40,949 nt of DNA, taken from positions 1-40,949 of the forward strand of contig CAZJDG010000004.1 in assembly GCA_964544725.1 (NCBI GenBank), given 5' to 3'. A program made the position numbers and the translations under genes. Origin of the DNA: Candidatus Woesearchaeota archaeon. GTDB lineage: Archaea; Nanobdellota; Nanobdellia; Pacearchaeales; GW2011-AR1. The notes under the pieces are model-generated. The model was not told where the DNA came from and ran no database searches. It saw nothing but the letters and a program-made list of their open reading frames with translations. This document shows, one piece after another, positions 18,523 to 26,130 of the stretch. Numbering within the stretch: position 1 is the first letter of the stretch; the number at the start of each line of letters is the position of its first letter.

Positions 18523-18747
18523 TTACTCTCCTGAACCCTCTTCACTTCCTTCTTCGCCCTCTTTTCCTTCTTCGCCCTCTTTCTTCTCTTCACTATCTTC
18601 TTCCCCTGTTTTTTCTTCCTCTTTCTTTTCAAGTCCCTCTGCATATTCACCTAAAGCTTTATTGATTCCTTCTTTTTTAGATTCTTCGTTCTGTTCTGAA
18701 TCATCTAAAACTTCGTTGATTTTTGTTTTTAATTCTTCAAAATTCAT
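18523..18747 (-). CDS. Very acidic 74-aa protein (E/G/K/S low-complexity tail)
   Basis: Ends GEEDSEEKKEGEEGKEGEEGSEEGSGE. Bracketed by the only two noncoding gaps inside the glycan island. Confidence 0.5.
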   Translation of the reverse strand: MNFEELKTKINEVLDDSEQNEESKKEGINKALGEYAEGLEKKEEEKTGEEDSEEKKEGEEGKEGEEGSEEGSGE

Positions 18748-18791
18748 TTTATTTATTTGATTTTAATTTACAATAATCGACCTTTATCAAA

Positions 18792-19262
18792 TTACAATCT
18801 CTTATGACACTCAACACAATGCTTGACATTATGCTTTAAATAATTTTTAATCAACTTCGACCTTATATTAGAAGCAGAGATAGTCTTTAAATAAGGCAAG
18901 ACAATAGTCTTTCCTCTGATACTTTTCATATACTCTATTTCTTTTTTTTTCGTATCTTTCCATTCTTTACAGATAACATAAACATCTGACTTAAACTTCT
19001 TTAATAGCTTTAAAGGACTAAACCCATCCGCAGGCACGACTTGGTCGACAAAACCAATTGCCCTAACTATCTTGATTCTATACTTATATGGAATCACAGG
19101 AATCTTCTTTTTATACTTCCTATATAGTTTATCAGTATTAACTCCAACAATCAAAAATGTTCCTTGAGACTTAGCTTTCTGTAAAAATCTAATATGCCCA
19201 TAGTGAAATAAGTCAAAACTTCCTTGTGTGAATACTATCTTTTTCTTCATAACCCTAACCAA
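18792..19262 (-). CDS. Cytidylyltransferase (TagD-like glycerol-3-phosphate / alcohol-phosphate cytidylyltransferase family)
   Basis: QGSFDLFHYGHIRFLQKAKSQGTFLIVGVNTD and VDQVVP match the HxGH cytidylyltransferase layout. Confidence 0.75.
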   Translation of the reverse strand: MVRVMKKKIVFTQGSFDLFHYGHIRFLQKAKSQGTFLIVGVNTDKLYRKYKKKIPVIPYKYRIKIVRAIGFVDQVVPADGFSPLKLLKKFKSDVYVICKEWKDTKKKEIEYMKSIRGKTIVLPYLKTISASNIRSKLIKNYLKHNVKHCVECHKRL

Positions 19263-20311
19263 TGTTTATTTTCTTCTTTTATCATCCATTCAACCATTTT
19301 AATAAATGCCTCATCTAACGTTAATTTTGAATGATAACCAAATTTAGCTAATTTCTCACCTGACATAGCATAACGCAAATCATGTCCTGGTCTTGTCTTA
19401 TGAAAATCGACACAATCAAATGGCAAATCATAATCTCTTCCCTCAGCCTTTATAACTCCCTTAATGATTTCAGCTAAATCAACAACACTTCTTTCTTTAC
19501 CAACAATATGATAAATTCCCCAACCTCTATCAAACTGATTTTCTTTATTAATAATCTCTACACTAATACTCTTTGTCAAAAAGATTAAAGCACTCCCTAC
19601 GTTTCTTGCGTGTATCCAGCATCTTGAACTAAAACCAGTCTGAGGCGTCCCGTGAATAGTTATTTTTTCATTCTTAAAAATTGCTCTAACTGTCTTCGGG
19701 ATAAACTTCTCAGGATGTTGTCTTTCTCCAAATACATTCATTGTTCTCGTTATAATAACTGGTAGTTTATGAGAAAAAGCAAATGCCTTTGAAATCGCTT
19801 CTGCACCCTCTTTTGAAGCGGCATAAGGATTAGACGGATTACAAACATCACTCTCTTTGTAAAACACTTTCTCAGGCGCAGGACCAAAAACCTCATCAGT
19901 CGAAAAATAAATATACTTTGTCAAATCTGATTGATATTTTCTCAAATACTCTAACAAATTTGCAGTTCCTACAACATTCGACATAACAAATGGAATTGAG
20001 TCTTCTAAACTCCTATCAACGTGACTCTCTGCGGCTAAATGCCAAACATAATCAATCTTCCCAATATCTTTATGTTTTGTTTCAGGGATTGAAGCCTGTA
20101 AGTCGTGAAAAACAAACTTAACTCTATCTCTTGTTTTATTCCAAATATTAATATCAGCTATATTCTTTGGAATTCCCTTAATTCTGTTTAAATCACCAGC
20201 ATACGTTAAAGCATCTAATATGATTATTTCCCAATCAGTTTCTTTTAAAACGCTTTCAATAACATGATGACCAATAAAACCACACCCTCCTGTTAATAAT
20301 AATCTTTTCAT
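19247..20311 (-). CDS. Extended SDR, RmlB-like NDP-sugar 4,6-dehydratase
   Basis: TGGCGFIGHH Rossmann motif, LDALTYAGDLNRI, STDEVFG, and the YAASK catalytic YxxxK. The start overlaps the terL stop (ATGA). Confidence 0.8.
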   Translation of the reverse strand: MKRLLLTGGCGFIGHHVIESVLKETDWEIIILDALTYAGDLNRIKGIPKNIADINIWNKTRDRVKFVFHDLQASIPETKHKDIGKIDYVWHLAAESHVDRSLEDSIPFVMSNVVGTANLLEYLRKYQSDLTKYIYFSTDEVFGPAPEKVFYKESDVCNPSNPYAASKEGAEAISKAFAFSHKLPVIITRTMNVFGERQHPEKFIPKTVRAIFKNEKITIHGTPQTGFSSRCWIHARNVGSALIFLTKSISVEIINKENQFDRGWGIYHIVGKERSVVDLAEIIKGVIKAEGRDYDLPFDCVDFHKTRPGHDLRYAMSGEKLAKFGYHSKLTLDEAFIKMVEWMIKEENKHWLGL

Positions 20312-21993
20312 AATTCTTTTTTATATTTATCAACCCAATAATCTAATGTTCGACCTTTATCTTTTTCTTCTTCTTTTTTACTTTTCATAAATCCCCAAAA
20401 TCCTCCTGCTCCTTTCTTTTTATCTCTTGGCCCTACTATCATCTCACAAACTCCAGCAACAGCATCAGCGACATCTTTACTTCCACCTGCAGGATGGTCA
20501 ACTTTTCTTCCTTTTATTAATTCAAGTCTCTTGTATTCTTTAATAAACCACTCGAATTTATACATATCAATTCTTCCTGTATGTAGCATCTCTTTTAAAG
20601 TATCATATGCGCTTGTCGTTCTATCAACTGACAAAACATAGGCGTTATAACCTTTCTCTTTTAATATCTGAATTGAATCAACACTTTGCCACCCATCATA
20701 ACTTACCTCAAAAATAGGAAACCCTCTCTCTTGTAAGGTGTAAACAATCTGTCTAACGTCACTAAATTGTATCTCACCACCAGGCGGAGCTTCTATCCTC
20801 ATCATTAAATCAATAGCAATCTTTATTCTCGATTCGCCATCAACTTCTTCTTCACCTGCTACTCTACCCATCGCTAACCCACAAGCATCTTTATTTTTAG
20901 CTAAGTCAATATGAATGTATCTTGGTTCATTATCATCGCATTTAAACCACTCTTTTAGCTGTTCTTTTTCATCAACAGGATTTTCTTTATCATTATGAAT
21001 TCTCGTTACTACATCTGCATCTCTATCAAATGCCTCTAATACAAACGATGGTTTTGCACCAAAATCTCTTAATGCTTTCTCAGGATTACTCTCAAATGCT
21101 TTCTGAAAATCTATTGGAATGTCATCCCATATTTCCAATGGCTTTCCTTTATCATCCTTTGAAACAACGAAACTAAAGGTTTTACTCGACATTCTATTTC
21201 TATCTTTTACTTCCCACGTCTTATATCTTGAAGTATAAATATAAGGAACTTTCAATCCTTTCTCGTAATGTGTATTGATAAAGTCATCTACATATCTTGG
21301 TGCTGAAATAATGAACACAAACCCTCTATCACCAAATCTTGAAATAATCCTATTTTTCATTGTGTGATAAATATCCTCAGCAATTGATTTCTGTTCATTA
21401 TCTAAATACCAGGCCGCTTCATCTAAACCTCCAAAGATTACATTCATTCCTATTGGCATTGTCTCTTGGGAGTTTCCACAATAAAGTGTTATGTTTTTCT
21501 TCTCAAATCTTATCTCTGTCTGCAATATCTCAGGTTTATAGCTCTGAAAGAATTGTGAATTTTCTACGAACTTTCTATTACTCGCAAAAATAACATTTTT
21601 AGCCTGAGTTGCTGTCGGTCCCATATTCACTACTGCTATCGGCTTATCGTTTGTTAATCCAAAATACTTATGAGGACTCTTCAAGCAAAGCAACCAATGA
21701 ACGTATAATAAACCCAATATAGAAGCTAAATAACTCTTACCACTACCAATACCCCATTCTAAAACAGCTTCAGTAATCTCTTTATTTAAAATCCCATTCC
21801 ATATTGTATTGCCTTCTTCTTTTACTTTCTCATAAGTATCTTCTCCTATTCCTAAATAATATGGACTATCAATGAACTCACTAAAGCTCTGACAAGGCAT
21901 TCTTTCAAACTCAGAATTTTTCAATGCAAATAAAAGCGTTCTTCTCGCCTCAGGATTCAATTCCTTGACTATTTGTTTGATTTTCTTTGACAT
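20308..21993 (-). CDS. terL: Terminase large subunit
   Basis: 561 aa with a Walker A-like GIGSGKSY, a Walker B-like FGGLDEAAW and a C-terminal RNaseH-like nuclease region (HIDLAKNKDACGLAMG). Confidence 0.9.
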   Translation of the reverse strand: MSKKIKQIVKELNPEARRTLLFALKNSEFERMPCQSFSEFIDSPYYLGIGEDTYEKVKEEGNTIWNGILNKEITEAVLEWGIGSGKSYLASILGLLYVHWLLCLKSPHKYFGLTNDKPIAVVNMGPTATQAKNVIFASNRKFVENSQFFQSYKPEILQTEIRFEKKNITLYCGNSQETMPIGMNVIFGGLDEAAWYLDNEQKSIAEDIYHTMKNRIISRFGDRGFVFIISAPRYVDDFINTHYEKGLKVPYIYTSRYKTWEVKDRNRMSSKTFSFVVSKDDKGKPLEIWDDIPIDFQKAFESNPEKALRDFGAKPSFVLEAFDRDADVVTRIHNDKENPVDEKEQLKEWFKCDDNEPRYIHIDLAKNKDACGLAMGRVAGEEEVDGESRIKIAIDLMMRIEAPPGGEIQFSDVRQIVYTLQERGFPIFEVSYDGWQSVDSIQILKEKGYNAYVLSVDRTTSAYDTLKEMLHTGRIDMYKFEWFIKEYKRLELIKGRKVDHPAGGSKDVADAVAGVCEMIVGPRDKKKGAGGFWGFMKSKKEEEKDKGRTLDYWVDKYKKEL

Positions 21994-22585
21994 CTACTGC
22001 TTGAGCTTCTTCTGTCTCTTGTAACGCTTTAATTAATTCTAACCTTTTATCTTCAGAAAATTCATTTCTAATCTGTTCTGCCATCTGAAAAAAGTAATTT
22101 TTAATCTCTACTGGTTTTTTCTTTAATGAAAGTATCGCAATCATTCTTGCTGATATATTACTAATTAAGAGAGACAATGCTTTATCTTGCAGTCCACCAG
22201 ACATAGCTTCATAGATTATATTCTTTGCCGCCCTTATTAAATCTACTCTTAACAAATCATTTAACATCGATACTAAATGAGCTTCATCTTGAATATCAAA
22301 ACCTTTCAATGACTCAATAATCTTCTTATATTGTTCTTTAATTTCTCCTTCGCCCAATACCTTTAATGCGTGGTCTCTATCAGGAAACAATAAAGATAAT
22401 CTTGAATATCTTCCATGCTTTAAATTTGCCAATCCTGTTTTTGCCCACTCTAATTGTCTTTCTCTTCTCTTCTTCTCTATCTCTGGGTCCTTCCTAATAT
22501 CTTCAATTTTACCCTTTGTTTCACCTGGCAAAGTATCTTCTTTTTTTTTTGATTCATTAGACATTTTGTTTGATTCATTAGACAT
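21950..22585 (-). CDS. Putative terminase small subunit
   Basis: 211 aa, overlaps the terL start by 44 nt. The call rests on position only. The first 21 nt are tandemly duplicated. Confidence 0.45.
   Translation of the reverse strand: MSNESNKMSNESKKKEDTLPGETKGKIEDIRKDPEIEKKRRERQLEWAKTGLANLKHGRYSRLSLLFPDRDHALKVLGEGEIKEQYKKIIESLKGFDIQDEAHLVSMLNDLLRVDLIRAAKNIIYEAMSGGLQDKALSLLISNISARMIAILSLKKKPVEIKNYFFQMAEQIRNEFSEDKRLELIKALQETEEAQAVDVKENQTNSQGIES
22544..22585. repeat. Tandem 21-nt duplication of the terS start
   Basis: ATGTCTAATGAATCAAACAAA / ATGTCTAATGAATCAAAAAAA, giving MSNESNK-MSNESKK and running into an A10 tract. Confidence 0.8.
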
Positions 22586-22623
22586 TTTTTCTATGACTTT
22601 CTAATGCATTATAATTTTCTAAT

Positions 22624-22710
22624 TCTGTTGGCAGAGCCACGAGGTGAAAACATTAAGAAGACAAGAGAACGCTAAACCAACTTAACTAAAAACCTCAAAC
22701 TGCCAACAGA
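22624..22710 (-). promoter_or_regulatory. Long imperfect hairpin in the gap upstream of terS
   Basis: An 11-bp perfect outer helix (tctgttggcag / ctgccaacaga) encloses GAGGU/ACCUC and UUAAG/CUUAA helices. A TATAAT (minus) at 22608..22613 has no recognisable -35. Confidence 0.4.
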
Positions 22711-22719
22711 GTTAAAAAA

Positions 22720-23184
22720 CTATTGGCATATTAAACTTCCATCACCATCTCTAATTTCTAATACTTCAAAGCTGTCTTCCGGACTAATGAAATTACCATA
22801 AACGGTTTCAACATACACCCCCAACCAAGCGTGTTTCCTGTCTTTGCTAATGAAAACAGCACTTTCAATTCCCAGCTCTTCTAACCTTAATTGTAACTCT
22901 TTGGCGTGGTCGTAGCAATCATAATCTTCACTATAACCCTTTCCTGCTATTTCTGAAACTGCTTTTTGAAATGTATTATATTTCTGACACTCTTCTAACT
23001 TACTTTCTGCCACTATTAAATCAAATTCCAAACCTAATGCTCTCTCGCTTGTGCTTTTATATGCTTCAAAACGCTGAAATGCAATAAATAGCAATAAAGC
23101 AACAACAAAAATTAAAACAAGACAACCAATAACTTCTGCTGTTCTAATTATAGATTTTCTTATTTTTTCTTTTTTTTCTTCCAT
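22720..23184 (-). CDS. Membrane-anchored transglutaminase-like cysteine peptidase (putative)
   Basis: Start moved to ATG 23184 (MEEKKEK...) to remove the 73-nt overlap. Has an N-terminal TM segment (VIGCLVLIFVVALLLFIAF). The C-terminal domain has the ordered DCYDHA (Cys), KHAW (His) and SPED (Asp). Confidence 0.5.
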   Translation of the reverse strand: MEEKKEKIRKSIIRTAEVIGCLVLIFVVALLLFIAFQRFEAYKSTSERALGLEFDLIVAESKLEECQKYNTFQKAVSEIAGKGYSEDYDCYDHAKELQLRLEELGIESAVFISKDRKHAWLGVYVETVYGNFISPEDSFEVLEIRDGDGSLICQ

Positions 23185-23186
23185 AA

Positions 23187-23582
23187 TTAATTTTTTAATA
23201 CATATATCTCTCTTAATTGTCTTCCAAAATTCAGCGCATCTTCTGTCGATGACATCCAAATATCTATTCTATAATCATAACGCCTATTTGTTCTATCTTG
23301 AACTTCAAATTCACCTACGCCCTCTATGATTATTTTTGTTCCAATAGACAACTCATTTGTAGCAACAATTCCATCTCTTACTCTTTGACCAGAAGCAGTG
23401 ATAAAAGGAGTGTCGTCTGTTTCTTCTGGACGAGAAGAATAAGCTGTGATTGTTCTCCAACCCAATAAGTCATTCTTTGATTCTTCATAAGCAAACTTTG
23501 GAGCTTCAACGAAAACAGGTTGAACAAGAAGCGCTAAACACAATCCTATTAAGAAATTAAGTAAAAATTCTCTTTTATTCAT
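23187..23582 (-). CDS. Secreted 3D-domain (MltA/YuiC-like) cell-wall-active protein
   Basis: Signal-peptide-like MNKREFLLNFLIGLCLALLVQPVFVEA, then TITAYSS...DDTPFITASGQRV..GIVATN...IGTKIII...RIDIWM...ALNFG, which matches the 3D domain. The track start is TTG at 23591; ATG at 23582. Confidence 0.7.
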   Translation of the reverse strand: MNKREFLLNFLIGLCLALLVQPVFVEAPKFAYEESKNDLLGWRTITAYSSRPEETDDTPFITASGQRVRDGIVATNELSIGTKIIIEGVGEFEVQDRTNRRYDYRIDIWMSSTEDALNFGRQLREIYVLKN

Positions 23583-23781
23583 CTCTTTCAAATGCCCACT
23601 CTAATAATTTACAAAAAAGACATATACTTCCTACGGCTATTCCAATAAGCACCAAAAGGCTGATAGTTACTAATACAAAACTATGATTATGCTCCTGAGC
23701 AAAATCTCCTACAATCCAACTAAAGTATATCAAAAATACACTTCCTAAAATTATTCTTGCTATTACTTTTTTATAATTCAT
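23575..23781 (-). CDS. Two-TM small membrane protein (holin-like)
   Basis: 68 aa with two hydrophobic helices and a charged C-terminus (EWAFERDE). Immediately upstream of the 3D-domain gene. Confidence 0.5.
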   Translation of the reverse strand: MNYKKVIARIILGSVFLIYFSWIVGDFAQEHNHSFVLVTISLLVLIGIAVGSICLFCKLLEWAFERDE

Positions 23782-24175
23782 ATATATATTTATTGTTATT
23801 TAATCTTAATAATTTATGTTTCTTCAGCCCTTTTTTAAATGCTTCATAAAAAACATCTCCCCCTGTTTTCATACAATCAATACAAATAGGACCACGACAT
23901 TTTCTATTCCTGATAACAAGGAAATCATTGCATCTGCCTATCCCAACTTCGTTTACACAAATTCCACAACACCTGCAATAATGTTCTGGGTTTTTCCCTT
24001 TAGCATCTCTTTCTCTTTCTAAAATTGCATTATGAGAACATTTACCAACTCTAATGTCATCTGTTTTACCTATCATCATGCGCAAGATAGTATCAAAAAT
24101 ACTCATATAGCCATATTCTCCGTGTGGAATAATGCTCTCCAGATATTTACCAACCAATGTTTTCTCTTTATTCAT
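23771..24175 (-). CDS. Cys-rich protein, unknown function
   Basis: 134 aa with a CRCCGIC...C...CRGPICIDC cluster. Confidence 0.5.
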   Translation of the reverse strand: MNKEKTLVGKYLESIIPHGEYGYMSIFDTILRMMIGKTDDIRVGKCSHNAILERERDAKGKNPEHYCRCCGICVNEVGIGRCNDFLVIRNRKCRGPICIDCMKTGGDVFYEAFKKGLKKHKLLRLNNNKYIYEL

Positions 24176-24590
24176 ATTTTTGTTTTATTTGTTTAATTTT
24201 GTTGTTGAGTTTTTTGAAAGCTTCCATATTTTCCGCTGATGCTTTTACTGACCAATCTTCAATTATTTTAACTTTTACCCCATTTAATATCTCTATAAAT
24301 TCTTTATCTTTGGCTTTTAGAGCTTTAACTATTACAGGGCGGAAAATCCAATAAAGGCAGTTGTTAAATTCATCTGTATCATTATGTTGGCAATACTTTT
24401 CGGCTAATACAGATAATTCTTCTTCCCAATTCTCTTGTATGTTATTAAACATTTTTGACGGTTTTGCTTGTAAAGGGATTATCATTTTGTTGCAATACGC
24501 GCAAGCTCGTTCTTTCCCCATCGCTTTTTTATCAATATAATAAGCATTTCCACATTTGGGACATCTTATTAAAGTTATTTTTTTATTCAT
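24168..24590 (-). CDS. Protein with an N-terminal zinc ribbon
   Basis: CPKCGNAYY...CAYCNK. ATGA overlap with the HNH stop. Confidence 0.5.
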   Translation of the reverse strand: MNKKITLIRCPKCGNAYYIDKKAMGKERACAYCNKMIIPLQAKPSKMFNNIQENWEEELSVLAEKYCQHNDTDEFNNCLYWIFRPVIVKALKAKDKEFIEILNGVKVKIIEDWSVKASAENMEAFKKLNNKIKQIKQKYE

Positions 24591-25111
24591 ATAAGTTTAT
24601 TTTCTTTATTAAAATAATTTATCCAATATTTTCTATTATAATTTGTTTTCAAATGGCAAATTCTACAAAGTGTTATCAAGTTATCTGGATTGCAGTTTTT
24701 CTTATTATAATCAATATGGTGAACATCAAATGCTCTATCACTTTGTAATGTTTTACATAATTGACAAGTATATCTATCTCGTTCTCTAATACTTCGTCTT
24801 AAAGTTTTTGTCCAATCAATGGTATAAAGTTCACAAGTTAATCCGCCTTTCCAATTAGGATGTTTCTCTTTCGTTTTTGCTATACTCATTCTTGCTTTTG
24901 TTTCTTGAGAAGGTTTGTGTTTTCCAGCCCAAGGCTTTTTCTTTCCTGTGTGAGCCTTACTTAGATTCTCTTTATGTTTTTTATTAAATTTCTTCCCACG
25001 CCAATGTGTTGGTTTAATAACCTTTCTTCTTCCTTCTTTATAAGCTTTTTTATTTCCTTGACCTATTTTTCCCCTATGTTCTCTGGTTAATTTTTCTCCT
25101 TTTTTGACCAT
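24587..25111 (-). CDS. HNH homing endonuclease
   Basis: NWKGG...RERDRYTCQLC...DVHHIDYN...NLITLCRICH. Confidence 0.85.
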   Translation of the reverse strand: MVKKGEKLTREHRGKIGQGNKKAYKEGRRKVIKPTHWRGKKFNKKHKENLSKAHTGKKKPWAGKHKPSQETKARMSIAKTKEKHPNWKGGLTCELYTIDWTKTLRRSIRERDRYTCQLCKTLQSDRAFDVHHIDYNKKNCNPDNLITLCRICHLKTNYNRKYWINYFNKENKLI

Positions 25112-25491
25112 AAATCATTTTCAATTAAATAACAAAGCATTTTACCCATAGCTTCTGCGAGATTTTTGTCTGCCTGATAATAATGAGATGTCCCTGTAAC
25201 AGGACTATAAAATATCCCAGAAGTATTTTCGCTTTTATCACAAGTCAAAGTAAGAGCTGTATTATCGTTGTTTAACCAAGCAGGTAATATCTTCCATAAT
25301 TCACCAGAGAGGAAGGCGGAGCAAATTTCTAATGCTTCAACATTGGCATCTTTAAAATCAACAAAATAATTTATTTCTGGCAGGTTTGTTCTATCTTCAA
25401 ACCAACTAAAAACTGAATCTTGCGGACAACCCAATTCTTTAAGCTTTTTTGCTAATTCAAGTGATACAACTAATTTTTTAAGGTTTGACAT
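25087..25491 (-). CDS. Hypothetical phage protein
   Basis: Start moved to ATG 25491 (MSNLKKLVVSLELAKKLKELG); the track's N-terminal extension lies inside the upstream HNH gene. Confidence 0.55.
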   Translation of the reverse strand: MSNLKKLVVSLELAKKLKELGCPQDSVFSWFEDRTNLPEINYFVDFKDANVEALEICSAFLSGELWKILPAWLNNDNTALTLTCDKSENTSGIFYSPVTGTSHYYQADKNLAEAMGKMLCYLIENDLWSKKEKN

Positions 25492-26038
25492 ATTGATTAC
25501 TATGAAACTTAAATGTTTTTTTATGGCACTTCCGACATAAAGTGCGACCATCTGCTTCCCATAATTCTTTACACGCCAGAGCACTCTGAACAGATTTAAT
25601 TTTATTTTTATCAAGTATTTCTGAAAAAGAAATCGGATAATGGTCTGCGTTTAATACAACTCTTTTACCTTCTCCAGTTTTCGCTCCACAATCTACACAA
25701 ATATAATTATCCCTTTGAAATATTTTATCTCGCCAATTTTTATATTCTACTAAATGTCTAATGATTGGTTGAAGTCCACTTCTGCCACCTTTCCAGTTGT
25801 AATGTTTATTGCCTCTTGTTTTTAATATCGGTTTTCCACGAAGAGCATTACCAATAGCTATTTTCGCACTCTCTGGCATTTTCTTTCCTTTCATTGAACC
25901 TACTTTGCCTTTATTAGATTTACCTATCTCGTCATTCCACTCTTGACTATGTTTCCTACCAACATTTATTTTATGACCCTTTTTAAATGGAGCAATAGGT
26001 TTATGTCCTTTTATAAATTGTCCTTTTGTATTTCTCAT
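25478..26038 (-). CDS. HNH homing endonuclease, closest paralog of 4850..5368
   Basis: NWKGG...YKNWRDKIFQRDNYICVDCG...LNADH...IKSVQSALACKELW...TLCRKCHKKT is collinear with the 4850 copy. Confidence 0.85.
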   Translation of the reverse strand: MRNTKGQFIKGHKPIAPFKKGHKINVGRKHSQEWNDEIGKSNKGKVGSMKGKKMPESAKIAIGNALRGKPILKTRGNKHYNWKGGRSGLQPIIRHLVEYKNWRDKIFQRDNYICVDCGAKTGEGKRVVLNADHYPISFSEILDKNKIKSVQSALACKELWEADGRTLCRKCHKKTFKFHSNQYVKP

Positions 26039-26046
26039 ATACTACC

Positions 26047-26075
26047 AGTATAACATACTCTCTACCAAACTACAA
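26047..26075 (-). promoter_or_regulatory. Weak candidate promoter (TTGTAG-17-TGtTATACT)
   Basis: Extended -10 only 8 nt from ATG 26038 of the HNH gene; poor -35. Confidence 0.3.
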
Positions 26076-26130
26076 TTTAACCCCAAGCTTTTCTAAAGTC
26101 CTTGATAATTCTAAGGATGTTACGAAATTT

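Noticed and set aside
8930-20311. The glycan island as a DNA sugar-hypermodification system (T4-like glucosylation)
   Set aside because: The window has no dNMP hydroxymethylase, thymidylate-synthase-like enzyme, or DNA-binding or base-flipping glycosyltransferase signature. Methyltransferases, a deacetylase and multiple GT families fit oligosaccharide assembly better. This is not formally excluded.
25492-25614. N-terminal 41 codons of track ORF 25087..25614, and similar extensions at 23185..23259, 23583..23591 and 33617..33640
   Set aside because: The extensions lie inside the preceding gene or use TTG/GTG starts, and an ATG with sensible stop-start spacing lies just downstream. They were trimmed in the feature table.
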